Below, piece by piece: positions 17,790 through 27,130 of a stretch of 64,000 nucleotides of DNA. Position 1 is the stretch's first letter, and every line of letters starts with the position of its first letter. The stretch comes from an uncultured Alphaproteobacteria bacterium. Lineage in GTDB: Bacteria > Pseudomonadota > Alphaproteobacteria > Rs-D84. The DNA lies in the NCBI GenBank assembly GCA_905234185.1, contig CAJOGC010000002.1:103949-167948 (forward strand). Reading direction: 5' to 3'. The notes under the pieces are model-generated. The model was not told where the DNA came from. It searched no databases and saw nothing but the letters and a program-made list of their open reading frames with translations. Position numbers and translations under genes: made by a program.

Positions 17790-19364
17790 TTAATGCTTGT
17801 GTTTCTTTGCTGCGGCGATGAATGCGTTAAACATCGGGTGGCCGGTGTATGGGCTGCTTTGGAACTCTGGATGGAATTGTCCGGCAATAAAGAACGGATG
17901 GTTTTTCAATTCCACTATTTCCGGCAGGCGTCCGTCGGGACTGCGTCCCGAAATTATCATGCCCGCGTCCGCGAATTGCTTTTCGTATTCTATATTCATC
18001 TCGTACCGATGACGGTGCCGTTCCGAAATATGTTCCGCGCCCCAAATACTGTGCGCCAGTGTCCCCGGCGTAATGTCGCACGGATACGCGCCCAATCGCA
18101 ATGTTCCCCCCATATTTTTCGAATCGTGATCTGCCATAATGCCAATCACTGGGGTGCAATTCTTGTTAAACTCGGTCGAATCGGCATCCGCAATGCCCAA
18201 AACATTACGCGCAAATTCAATGACGGCAACCTGCATCCCCAGGCATATACCCATATATGGCACGCCGTTTTCACGCGCATAACCCGCCGCGGCAATTTTA
18301 CCCGCGACCCCGCGCGAACCGAACCCGCCGGGCACCAAGATTCCGTCAACATCGCTACACGTTTCCGGTGTGAATTCTTCGGCATTTATCTTTTTAATCT
18401 TTACATGCACATTGTTTTGGATGCCGGCGTGAAACAGTGCCTCGTTCAGCGATTTATACGCATCCGGCACATGAAAGTATTTTCCCACCATGCCGATTGT
18501 GACCGTCGGCAAATCCGCATCCAGGTAATGTTCAATCCGCCGAAACCTGTCCATATTGCCCGCGGCGTTTGGCAAACCAAAATGGTCGGCAATTATATCA
18601 AAGACATGTTGTGCGTCATATGCCAATGGAATCTTGTAAATATTATCAACATCAATGCCACTAATTACATTCTGCGCCGGCAAATTACAGAACATACCGA
18701 TTTTTGCGCGTTCATCCGGTTCCAACATGCGCGGTGTTCGCACGATTAGCATATCTGCCTGAATCCCGTTTTCAAGTAAGTTCCGCACCGACATTTGTGT
18801 TGGTTTTGTCTTTAATTCGCCACTTTTTTCCAAATATGGTGCCAATGTTAAATGAATAAACATAACATTGCGGCGACCAACATCGTTCGCAAATTGACGG
18901 ATTGATTCCAAAAATATCTTGCCCTCGATATCGCCCACCGTTCCGCCGATTTCACAGACAACGAAATCAGTATCGGTTGGTGCGGAAATATATTCTTTTA
19001 TCTTATTACTGACGTGCGGAATCATTTGCACTGTCGCGCCCAGATAATCGCCGCGTCGTTCCGCATTTAGAACATCCCAATATATGCGCCCACCAGACAC
19101 AGAATCGGCGCGACCCAATTTTGCACCCAAAAACCGTTCGTAATATCCCAGATCCAAGTCCGTTTCAAAACCGTCGTTTGTCACATAAACCTCGCCATGC
19201 TGAAACGGGGACATTGTGCCCGGGTCTATATTCAAATAAGGGTCAAATTTTCGCGCATGAACGGTATATCCGCGCGATTGTAAAAGGGCGCCACAACTTG
19301 CCGCCGCGACGCCCTTGCCTAAACTGGAAACCACACCACCGGTAATGAATATATATTTCGCCAT
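17790..19364 (-). CDS. pyrG: CTP synthase
   Basis: MAKYIFITGGVVSSLGKG and a C-terminal glutamine amidotransferase domain (GICLGMQ, HRHRYE) are present. Confidence 0.95.
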   Translation of the reverse strand: MAKYIFITGGVVSSLGKGVAAASCGALLQSRGYTVHARKFDPYLNIDPGTMSPFQHGEVYVTNDGFETDLDLGYYERFLGAKLGRADSVSGGRIYWDVLNAERRGDYLGATVQMIPHVSNKIKEYISAPTDTDFVVCEIGGTVGDIEGKIFLESIRQFANDVGRRNVMFIHLTLAPYLEKSGELKTKPTQMSVRNLLENGIQADMLIVRTPRMLEPDERAKIGMFCNLPAQNVISGIDVDNIYKIPLAYDAQHVFDIIADHFGLPNAAGNMDRFRRIEHYLDADLPTVTIGMVGKYFHVPDAYKSLNEALFHAGIQNNVHVKIKKINAEEFTPETCSDVDGILVPGGFGSRGVAGKIAAAGYARENGVPYMGICLGMQVAVIEFARNVLGIADADSTEFNKNCTPVIGIMADHDSKNMGGTLRLGAYPCDITPGTLAHSIWGAEHISERHRHRYEMNIEYEKQFADAGMIISGRSPDGRLPEIVELKNHPFFIAGQFHPEFQSSPYTGHPMFNAFIAAAKKHKH

Positions 19365-19444
19365 AAGAACACCTTTCCTTATGGACTTTTATCATAGGAA
19401 AAATATCGTTGCGATGCAATCAAATAAAATCCTATACTGGAACT

Positions 19445-21376
19445 ATGAATGAAACATTGGAAAATCAACGGCCTAATCTGTTTTTGTGGGTGCCATTTGT
19501 AATGGCGGCGGGGGCGGCGTTATATTTTTCGTGTTCGCATGAACCGAAACTGCCGTTTTGTTGGTTGTTTGCTATTATTACATTTTGCGCCGCGGCGTTT
19601 TTGCGCACGCCAATCATTATTCGCGGAATATTACTTTTTGTTTTTGGTTTTTGTTATGCGAACGCTTACACAAATATGCTTGATACACCAATTATGCCAC
19701 GCGACATGCACGATATAAGTATTACTGGTCGCATTACGGCAATTGACCATACACCCGACAAAGCCAGAATTTTTATTCGTGTGCCAAACCCAGTCCTTAA
19801 TATAAAAGCGAATGGCGATTCAATTGTTCGTGTTTCTGTTGAACTGGATACTGTTCCGAAACCAGGCGACATAATATCAACAACCGCGACACTGTTCACG
19901 CCAACCCCACCAGACATATATGGCGGGTTCGACTTTGCACGATGGGCATATTTCAACGGAATTACCGCGACGGGATATGCGGACAATATAACAATATCAT
20001 CGAACGGCACAACAAATAATATTCGTGATTGGTTGCACAATAAATCAGATTCCATATTAGTGGACAGTTTAGTACTGGGGTATAAAAACACTTTACCAAA
20101 GGCGGAACGCGCAACTTGGGTGTCCGCCGGTGTCGGACACATTTGGTCAATAAGTGGTTTTCATATGACATTAATCGGTGGTTGGCTGTTTGCGATTTTC
20201 TATTTTATATTTCGTTGCATACCGTCCGTTGTTCGTCGCATACCGGCACGACACATTGCGGCAATATTCGCATGGATTGGCGTTATGATTTATTTATTCG
20301 TATCAGGCATGGGGGTTGCAACAATTCGCGCCTTTTTAATGGCAACGTTATTAATGGTCGCCGCGATTATGGGACGGTCCGCTTTTTCATTACGCAATGT
20401 ATGCTTGGTGTTTTGTTTAATATTTTTGATAAACCCATATTATGTGATGACCGCCGGTTTTCAATTATCGTTTTCCGCAATATTCGGATTGGTATGGTTT
20501 TGGACCGTGGTTAACCCAAAACTGCCTGAAAATAGAATATTGCGCACATTGTGCACCGCTGTTTTGACAGCGACAATCGCATCACTTTTTACTGCACCAT
20601 TTGTCGCATTGCATTTTTATTCGGTACCATTATACAGCATTATTGGCAACCTGGTCTTGTTACCAATATTTTCATTTGTAATAATGCCGCTGGTAATAAT
20701 TGGATCACTGCTTGCATTATTTAATGTTTATTTTCCATTACATATCGCGGATTATGCTTACCATTGGGCGCTGGACATTGCGAATCACATATCACATTTG
20801 CCGTTTGCAACAATGACACCGGCACATGTTTCCAACACTGCAATTTGTTTTATCGTTTTTGGCATGATGTGCATCGTTTTTGTTCGCCCGGTCCGGCTAA
20901 AGATTAATTATATTCTAGGTGCAATTTTTATCTTAATCGGCACAATTATTGTTGCCGCAACCCCACGACCTGTTTTCTTTGCGACACCGGATCACGAACT
21001 GGTTGGTGTTGTACAAAATGGTGAAATATTATTTAACAAATCACGCGCATCAAACCACTATTTTGCATTTGATATATGGAAACATTTAACCAACAGCGAT
21101 ATAAATACACAAAACAATCGTGCAAAACATAATCGCGGATTGTATATCTTTGAAACGCCGAAATATAAAATTGCATATATACAGAAATTCACAGCATTAC
21201 AAAATAACATCGCTAAACTTTGCGACGATGAAAATATAGATTTTATAGTTTCATATCTGGAAATAAATGGCGACCGTTGTGCAAACAAGATTTTGCATGG
21301 TGGTTTTACAATTTATGAAAACGGGAAAATTATTTATGTACCGACATCTCGTCGTTGGAATAATCTGCACCAATAA
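19445..21376 (+). CDS. comEC: ComEC/Rec2-family DNA internalization channel protein (no recognisable metallo-beta-lactamase motif)
   Basis: The protein is polytopic and has a competence-domain block (VGHIWSISGFHMTLIGG). ATG 19445 (MNETLENQRPNLFLW) is preferred over TTG 19409. I see no HxHxDH motif in the C-terminal part. Confidence 0.8.
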   Translation: MNETLENQRPNLFLWVPFVMAAGAALYFSCSHEPKLPFCWLFAIITFCAAAFLRTPIIIRGILLFVFGFCYANAYTNMLDTPIMPRDMHDISITGRITAIDHTPDKARIFIRVPNPVLNIKANGDSIVRVSVELDTVPKPGDIISTTATLFTPTPPDIYGGFDFARWAYFNGITATGYADNITISSNGTTNNIRDWLHNKSDSILVDSLVLGYKNTLPKAERATWVSAGVGHIWSISGFHMTLIGGWLFAIFYFIFRCIPSVVRRIPARHIAAIFAWIGVMIYLFVSGMGVATIRAFLMATLLMVAAIMGRSAFSLRNVCLVFCLIFLINPYYVMTAGFQLSFSAIFGLVWFWTVVNPKLPENRILRTLCTAVLTATIASLFTAPFVALHFYSVPLYSIIGNLVLLPIFSFVIMPLVIIGSLLALFNVYFPLHIADYAYHWALDIANHISHLPFATMTPAHVSNTAICFIVFGMMCIVFVRPVRLKINYILGAIFILIGTIIVAATPRPVFFATPDHELVGVVQNGEILFNKSRASNHYFAFDIWKHLTNSDINTQNNRAKHNRGLYIFETPKYKIAYIQKFTALQNNIAKLCDDENIDFIVSYLEINGDRCANKILHGGFTIYENGKIIYVPTSRRWNNLHQ

Positions 21377-22088
21377 AATACAGACCCGATGCCGGTGCGG
21401 TCGGTCCCGCCGCACTACGATTTTTCGCTTTCAGAACCTTTTCAATATCATATGGTTTACCAATACCAATTTCAACCAGTGTTCCAACCATATTACGAAC
21501 CATGTGATGCAAAAATGACCGCGCAGAAAATTCAAAAATAATTTCATCGCCACGACGCGTGATTTTACATTCGTCCAATGTTTTTATTGGGGACTTTGCC
21601 TGACACTCCGATGCGCGAAAACTTGAAAAATCATGTTTACCAATTAACTTTGCGCCCGCGCGTTTCATTGCCGCAACATTTAATTTACGTGGCACCCACC
21701 AAACACGATTTTTATCCAGCACCGGCATTGCCGAACGATTCAGCACGATATAAATGTAATGTCGTTTGATACAATCAAACCGTGCATTAAAATTGTTTGC
21801 AGCAACTTCACAATCCAAAACCGACACCGGCTTATTCACCAAGTAGAAGTTCAAAGCACGCATAACCGTATTCGCGTCCCGCTTACCTTTTAAATCAAAG
21901 TGCGCAACCATTGCAATCGCATGAACCCCTGCATCGGTCCGCCCCGCGCCAACAATATCGGGGCGTTCACCACAAAATGCAAAAATTGCATCGGACAGAA
22001 TTGATTGCACAGACGGCCCCTGGCGGTTTTCCTGCCACCCTATTAAATCTGTACCATCGTATTCCAAGATTACTTTATATCGTGTCAT
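21330..22088 (-). CDS. truA: tRNA pseudouridine(38-40) synthase TruA
   Basis: RYKVILEYDGTDLIGWQ and GAGRTDAGVHA are present. The 3' end overlaps the convergent comEC gene by 47 nt. Confidence 0.9.
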   Translation of the reverse strand: MTRYKVILEYDGTDLIGWQENRQGPSVQSILSDAIFAFCGERPDIVGAGRTDAGVHAIAMVAHFDLKGKRDANTVMRALNFYLVNKPVSVLDCEVAANNFNARFDCIKRHYIYIVLNRSAMPVLDKNRVWWVPRKLNVAAMKRAGAKLIGKHDFSSFRASECQAKSPIKTLDECKITRRGDEIIFEFSARSFLHHMVRNMVGTLVEIGIGKPYDIEKVLKAKNRSAAGPTAPASGLYFIGADYSNDEMSVHK

Positions 22089-22312
22089 CTTTGGCCATTA
22101 TAGTATTCGCATTTACTGCACCTCATTCGTTGCAGAAATTTTAGATCTATCTGATACTTAGCAGACAACTTGTATATATCACATGTTGAACATTTGTCGC
22201 CAAAACATGATAGACACGGACAAATAGCACCATTTGAACCATTTAATAAATTTGCGTATTCTTCCGCTGTTGCATTGCGACAAAACTGCAAACAATCAAA
22301 ACTTTTTGACAT
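22085..22312 (-). CDS. small Cys-rich protein, 75 aa
   Basis: It has ten Cys residues, including CPCLSCFGDKCSTC and CSKC. Its stop overlaps the truA start (ATGA). Confidence 0.5.
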   Translation of the reverse strand: MSKSFDCLQFCRNATAEEYANLLNGSNGAICPCLSCFGDKCSTCDIYKLSAKYQIDLKFLQRMRCSKCEYYNGQR

Positions 22313-22329
22313 TCTTAATTCCCGCGGCT

Positions 22330-22611
22330 TTATCTTAATTTACCATTCTTTTTATATTGCGCCATACATTTAACACACCTGTCGCCACCGCCATATATCA
22401 GCCAATCTGGGTAATCACAATTTTTACAAAGAATTTTACTTGTTGCACCACAAGTAAGACATTTACACGCACCCGTGCCATATGCGATATAGGCTTCCCC
22501 ATTTTGTGGTTCATGATAAAATGGTTTTAGTGGGTCACCATTAAATTCAGATTCACAGACCCATTTCCCTTGATACGCACACCAAAAATCACGTCCTATG
22601 TCCAAACTCAT
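22330..22611 (-). CDS. small Cys-rich protein, 93 aa
   Basis: CKCLTCG...CKNC...CVKC are zinc-ribbon-like Cys pairs. The gene starts 3 nt after the fmt stop. Confidence 0.55.
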   Translation of the reverse strand: MSLDIGRDFWCAYQGKWVCESEFNGDPLKPFYHEPQNGEAYIAYGTGACKCLTCGATSKILCKNCDYPDWLIYGGGDRCVKCMAQYKKNGKLR

Positions 22612-22614
22612 TTT

Positions 22615-23451
22615 TTATTCCCCTATCTTTACTTCTGCGCCATGCAGACCATTTACAAAACTTTTCCAATCCATCGGTTTTTTACCGGCTGGCTGGACGG
22701 TTAATATTCTCAACTCGCCATTATCTACTTTGGTTTCCAAAATCTTGGCATCGATGCCGTTTATCTTTGTCCGACCGGCCCCCAGTGCACGAATCTGGTT
22801 GTGAATTGCACGCGCGTCGCGCGACCAATCAATAATTTCATCGTCACCCGTAAATTTACGCGTAAATGTTGCATCGCCTGTCTGTGCCACTGGTTTATAT
22901 TTTTCCGGCGTGTCCAGGTATTCAACCAACATTTTTGCGCCGATTTCCGAAACGCGTTTTTCCACTGTTTCGTTGGTGTCGTTTTCATCGATTTCAAATG
23001 GGGTTCGCATAAGGATTGGTCCCGCATCCATTTCCGCGACCAGTTGCATTAAACACACCGCACTTTCCGTATCGCCATTATAAATCGCCGTGCGTATTGG
23101 TGACGGGCCACGATATTTTGGTAAATCACTTGGGTGAATATTAATAATTGGTGCGGAATTTAATACATTATCACAAAGAATCACGCCATAGGAAACAACC
23201 ACAACCATATCTATTTTTGATTTCTGATTTTCGATTTCTGATTGTAATTCATCATATTGTTTTATTGATGTAAAAACACGCAACCCATGTTCGTTTGCCC
23301 ATAAATGCACTGGCGACGGGGTTAATACCTGTTTGCGTCCAACTGGTTTTGGCGCGCGCGTAAATACCGCGACAATTTCATGCCCCGATAAACACACCGC
23401 TTCAAAGATTGGAACAACAAAATCATTTGTTCCCATTAATATCAGTTTCAT
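22615..23451 (-). CDS. fmt: methionyl-tRNA formyltransferase
   Basis: MKLILMGTNDFVVPIFE and NIHPSDLPKYRGPSPI are present. It overlaps the def stop. Confidence 0.9.
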   Translation of the reverse strand: MKLILMGTNDFVVPIFEAVCLSGHEIVAVFTRAPKPVGRKQVLTPSPVHLWANEHGLRVFTSIKQYDELQSEIENQKSKIDMVVVVSYGVILCDNVLNSAPIINIHPSDLPKYRGPSPIRTAIYNGDTESAVCLMQLVAEMDAGPILMRTPFEIDENDTNETVEKRVSEIGAKMLVEYLDTPEKYKPVAQTGDATFTRKFTGDDEIIDWSRDARAIHNQIRALGAGRTKINGIDAKILETKVDNGELRILTVQPAGKKPMDWKSFVNGLHGAEVKIGE

Positions 23452-23951
23452 TTTTTATGCTTCCGTACCTTGCGCATAACCATTTCGCGTTTTACCGGCG
23501 AAAGGTAATCTATAAATAGTATCCCGTCCAAATGATCCGTTTCATGTTGCACGATTCGTGCGGGCAACCCCGACATATGTGCCGCCATTTGTTTCCCATT
23601 TTCGTCCATCCATTCAACATCCACAGACGATGGTCGCGTCACATCGGCAAAGACCGGCAAATCATCGGGGCCCAATACCGACAGACACCCTTCCTCCATA
23701 GAAACGACATCATCACTTTTCATAACAATTTTTGGATTAATCATTTTGAATATTTCTTCGGTATCTGGGTTCATCATAACCAGGAATCTTTTTGTAATAT
23801 TAACCTGGGGCGCGGCAAGTCCAACGCCATTTTGTTCGCGCATCATTTGTACCATTTCGTCCATGGCACGCAAAATATCGGGGGTTATTTCACCCACGGG
23901 CGCGCATTTTTCACGCAGAACCAAATCGCCACAAAGTTTCATTTGCAACAT
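23448..23951 (-). CDS. def: peptide deformylase
   Basis: The GVGLAAPQ, EGCLSV and HETDHLDG motifs are present. Confidence 0.9.
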   Translation of the reverse strand: MLQMKLCGDLVLREKCAPVGEITPDILRAMDEMVQMMREQNGVGLAAPQVNITKRFLVMMNPDTEEIFKMINPKIVMKSDDVVSMEEGCLSVLGPDDLPVFADVTRPSSVDVEWMDENGKQMAAHMSGLPARIVQHETDHLDGILFIDYLSPVKREMVMRKVRKHKK

Positions 23952-23972
23952 TTATAAAACCTCTTATAATGA

Positions 23973-24863
23973 ATGATAGCAAAGGATTACCAAATGACAA
24001 CCTATATTTTAATATTGCTTGGATTAATTGTAATTATGCTGCTTATCCTGCTTTTTCGCCGTCCAACGGTGGATATTTCGGGTCTGCGCGAAGACAATGC
24101 CCGTCTGCGTGAACGCTTGGCGGAACGCCTGGGCGCACTGTCGCAAAACGCAATTGAATTAAAGAACATCAGTGCCGATATCGCGAATTTCAAAAATATA
24201 CTTATGGGCAACAAACAGGCGCGTGGAACATTTGGTGAACGTCAGTTGGCGGATATTGTGACCGACATTATGCCACCAGAAACCTATGATTTTCAGCACG
24301 TTTTGCCAACCGGCGTTCGTCCCGATTGCATTATTCGCCTGCCGTATCCGCCGGGGGATATGATTATTGACAGCAAGTTTCCACTGGAATCATACAACCG
24401 CATGGTCGCGGGCGATGACGGTGCCAAGAAGCAATTTGAATTAGATGTTCGTAAGCATATTGATGCAATTGGCGAAAAATACATTATTTCCGGCACAACT
24501 GCGGAATCGGCGATGATGTTTATTGCATCGGAATCTATATTTGAATCATTGCACCGCGATTTTCCGGCGACGATTGACTATGCCGCGCGTCGTAAAGTAT
24601 TCATTGTTTCGCCATCAACATTATGGGCGACATTGAACACAATTCGTGCGGTATTATCCGACATAAAAATCAAACGCGTTGCCGCCCAGATAAAAAAAGA
24701 ATTGGAATACTTGATTGCTGATCTGGACCGTCTGTCTAAACGCGCGGGGGCAATTGATCAACATTTCGCATCGGCGCAAAAAGACCTTGATGAATTACAA
24801 ACATCTATTGGAAAAATTGCACCGCGCGCCGAAAAGATTCGCGAACTTGATTTCGGGGAATAA
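23973..24863 (+). CDS. rmuC: DNA recombination protein RmuC (short form)
   Basis: It has an N-terminal TM helix and the conserved RmuC nuclease-like core (RPDCIIRLP...MIIDSKFPLESY...FIASESIF). Confidence 0.85.
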   Translation: MIAKDYQMTTYILILLGLIVIMLLILLFRRPTVDISGLREDNARLRERLAERLGALSQNAIELKNISADIANFKNILMGNKQARGTFGERQLADIVTDIMPPETYDFQHVLPTGVRPDCIIRLPYPPGDMIIDSKFPLESYNRMVAGDDGAKKQFELDVRKHIDAIGEKYIISGTTAESAMMFIASESIFESLHRDFPATIDYAARRKVFIVSPSTLWATLNTIRAVLSDIKIKRVAAQIKKELEYLIADLDRLSKRAGAIDQHFASAQKDLDELQTSIGKIAPRAEKIRELDFGE

Positions 24864-24871
24864 CCGCAATG

Positions 24872-25002
24872 TCATCCCCGCGCAGGCGGGGATCCACTGC
24901 GCCGCAGGCACTATAAATTTGTCACTGCGCGGCAATGGATACCGGCCTTCGCCGGTATGACCCAAAGAGTGGATTGTCATTGCGAACAATGCGAAACAAT
25001 CC
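24872..25002. repeat. cluster of short palindromic repeats
   Basis: Three hairpin units are present: GTCATCCCCGCGCAGGCGGGGATCC, ATACCGGCCTTCGCCGGTAT and GGATTGTCATTGCGAACAATGCGAAACAATCC. They are related to units at 17450 and 27105. Confidence 0.7.
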
Positions 25003-25009
25003 AGTATTT

Positions 25010-25621
25010 TTATTTCTCAATTCGACAACCAGTTTTTCGGTCAATCCACACCTGTTCACCGGCCAATTTCATTATCGGCATATCGGACGAACTGTCGGAA
25101 TAGGAACGCACCACAACCGGCGCAACTTTATTTTTCTGGGCCCATTTGTTTAATGCAACAACTTTATTTTTGTTATAGCACAGAAAATGATATTTCCATG
25201 GGTATTTCGCATACATTTCGGAACAAATAACATCGTCAAATTCCATGTCCGCCACCAATGGCCGCAACAGGTAATTTGGCGATGCCGAAATTAATAAAAC
25301 AATGTTTCCCGCCGCGCGTTCTGCGGCAACCCTTTCCGCCGCCCACCCAAAGCGATTTAATTTGTGTTGTTTGATGAAACCGGGGCCCAGGCGTTTAACC
25401 ATTTTTGCATTGATAAAACGACGTCCTATCTCTCGCCACCACTTTGCGTTTGGTGCAAAATGCCGAAACGACATTCCGAACGCGGTCAATGGCAAAAACA
25501 GCCACGCACGAAAACTGTGCCGAAAACAGTATTTACCAAATTCATAATTTGCATCGTGCGCCGACAACGTCCCATCAAAGTCAAAAATAACAACATTAAC
25601 TTTCTTTGCTTTACTTGGCAT
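25010..25621 (-). CDS. HAD-superfamily hydrolase (subfamily IB-like)
   Basis: The start is moved to ATG 25621 (MPSKAKKVNVVIFDFDGTLS). The DxDGT motif I and a late SDSSSD motif are present. Confidence 0.75.
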   Translation of the reverse strand: MPSKAKKVNVVIFDFDGTLSAHDANYEFGKYCFRHSFRAWLFLPLTAFGMSFRHFAPNAKWWREIGRRFINAKMVKRLGPGFIKQHKLNRFGWAAERVAAERAAGNIVLLISASPNYLLRPLVADMEFDDVICSEMYAKYPWKYHFLCYNKNKVVALNKWAQKNKVAPVVVRSYSDSSSDMPIMKLAGEQVWIDRKTGCRIEK

Positions 25622-25700
25622 TTCGTGCTCCTTTACTTCTACGATTATAACAATATTTCGCACAACAGCAAATCTAAAAAACACCGACGCCCGCCGTCAC

Positions 25701-25835
25701 CACTACCCCGCCTCGTTCCACTCGGCACCCTTTCACTGGAGTGAAGGGGAATTAAATTATCTGGAATCATATACCAGGTAATAAAAAATCCCCTTCATTG
25801 TATGAAGGGGTGGACGCGTAGCGGACGGGGTAGTG
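25701..25835 (+). repeat. PAL-A palindromic element, copy 2
   Basis: CACTACCCCG...CGGGGTAGTG termini with internal CCCTTTCACTGGAGTGAAGGGG and CCCCTTCATTGTATGAAGGGG hairpins. Confidence 0.8.
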
Positions 25836-25883
25836 ATGAACCAGAGTGTAGCATTCCCCCTTTAACGAATACAACAAATTGGA

Positions 25884-26747
25884 TTATTCATCCACACCGT
25901 AAATAAAATCGCCTGTGCCGGAATTACCATAAAACTTCTGTCCAACAACATCCCACATGCCATTTGCCGGAACCGTATAATTACCAATCACCATACCGGC
26001 GGGGACCGGAATAAAGTGTCCCAACAAAGTATCACCATTATATATCACAACATCATACCAATTCATCGTTCGTGACCAATATTCATCCCACCACGAACCA
26101 AAAACAATTGTATCTTCACCAGTTGCGACATAATTAATATCAAATGTTTGTTTAGTTCGTTCTTTGAATTGTGCACATGTTAAATCAGGAAAAACACGTA
26201 ATAATCTTGGGGCCCTATTATTCAACGACACTATACCACTGCTATAAGTTATGTAATTTGTCCCCAAAACGTTAGGGAAGGCACTACTACTGGCAAAAAA
26301 CATTGCGCGGTCTTCATAGCCTCTTGGTGGCGTTTCTATGTGTCTGTATCCAACTGTAAAAACGACCCTGCTGGAATCCAACCAATTTACACCTGTATCT
26401 ATATTATTTAAATACCCGTTTGTTACATCGTTTTGTATTTTCAAATACACATCGTCGTCCGCACCAACCAGACAATCACCAACAAACCAATGATGCCCCA
26501 CGTGTGTCTTGGTGCCAATGCATGCACTGTATACAGCATTATCATACATAACATGCAATGTATTTGTCAGATTTTTTCGAACCATTGGTATATGATAAAC
26601 ACTGCCGTTATCGGTCATTATATTAAAAGATGGCATTCCGAACTTTTCAGCATGTGCCGGTATGGACGCATTACCAATGCGCAATGCATAGCCCCAACAA
26701 ATTGTTGGTGCCAATATCAATAAAAATATTACTAATATTTTTCTCAA
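25884..26747 (-). CDS. secreted hypothetical protein (~287 aa)
   Basis: A signal peptide is present (RKILVIFLLILAPTICWGYA). The start is uncertain: TTG 26747 is preferred because TTG 26768 lies in the U-run of the upstream terminator. The C-terminus ...GQKFYGNSGTGDFIYGVDE recalls beta-sandwich tail-fibre or lectin-like proteins, but only weakly. Confidence 0.6.
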   Translation of the reverse strand: MRKILVIFLLILAPTICWGYALRIGNASIPAHAEKFGMPSFNIMTDNGSVYHIPMVRKNLTNTLHVMYDNAVYSACIGTKTHVGHHWFVGDCLVGADDDVYLKIQNDVTNGYLNNIDTGVNWLDSSRVVFTVGYRHIETPPRGYEDRAMFFASSSAFPNVLGTNYITYSSGIVSLNNRAPRLLRVFPDLTCAQFKERTKQTFDINYVATGEDTIVFGSWWDEYWSRTMNWYDVVIYNGDTLLGHFIPVPAGMVIGNYTVPANGMWDVVGQKFYGNSGTGDFIYGVDE

Positions 26748-26765
26748 CCCCGAATTCCCCAACCG

Positions 26766-26982
26766 CAAAAAATAACCGTCAATCTGTGGACTGACGGTCG
26801 GGGTGTTCGAAAATCATATACAACAATGACCCTGTGATTTTTACACCACAGCACCCCGACCTTTTATATCGGGGTTTGGTAACGACACAAATGCGTATGA
26901 TTTCTTAAGCGATTACGGACGCACTTGCACCGGTTGTATATGGGCTTTCGACGGCCCCGAACCTGTGCCACCACAGATTCAT
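26766..26982 (-). ncRNA. candidate structured leader/attenuator RNA, copy B (unclassified)
   Basis: It lies downstream of a TTGCAT-18-TATAAT promoter. It ends in CCGTCA-gtccacagat-TGACGG + TTATTTTTT immediately 5' of the 25884 gene. Its blocks are conserved and its helices covary with copy A. Confidence 0.55.
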
Positions 26983-26987
26983 TTCTT

Positions 26988-27017
26988 ATTATAAAACATT
27001 TGGTATATTTTATGCAA
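26988..27017 (-). promoter_or_regulatory. sigma70-like promoter of leader RNA B
   Basis: On the minus strand: TTGCAT (27017..27012), an 18-nt spacer, then TATAAT (26993..26988). The 18 nt from the -10 box onward (TATAATAAGAAATGAATC) are identical to copy A. Confidence 0.6.
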
Positions 27018-27026
27018 TATTAAAAA

Positions 27027-27100
27027 CACTACCCCGTCACTTCGTGACACCCCTTCGCACGGCAAAGGGGATTTTTAGTATCTGGAATATGATTCCATAG
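27027..27100 (+). repeat. PAL-A element, truncated copy 3 (left half)
   Basis: CACTACCCCGTCACTTCGTGACACCCCTTCGCACGGCAAAGGGGATTTTTAGTATCTGGAAT... matches the left half of copies 1 and 2. Confidence 0.7.
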
Positions 27101-27104
27101 AACT

Positions 27105-27129
27105 GTCATCCCTGCGATGGATGGGAATT
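27105..27129. repeat. short palindromic repeat (GTCATCCC...GGGAAT type)
   Basis: GTCATCCCTGCGATGGATGGGAATT, related to 24872..24896. Confidence 0.6.
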
Positions 27130-27130
27130 A

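Noticed and set aside
17450-17821. ORFs 17450..17659(-) and 17573..17821(+). Likewise 24715..24960(+) and 24795..24989(-), and 34306..34506(-).
   Set aside because: These are translations of palindromic repeat elements (PAL-A, PAL-B, PAL-C and short units), with peptides such as VIPAQAGI or SFRASGARERNDG. There are no RBS sequences and they overlap on both strands.
17676-18749. 357-aa ORF on the plus strand.
   Set aside because: It is entirely antisense to the strongly conserved pyrG coding sequence and begins inside the PAL-B repeat. This is a typical shadow ORF.
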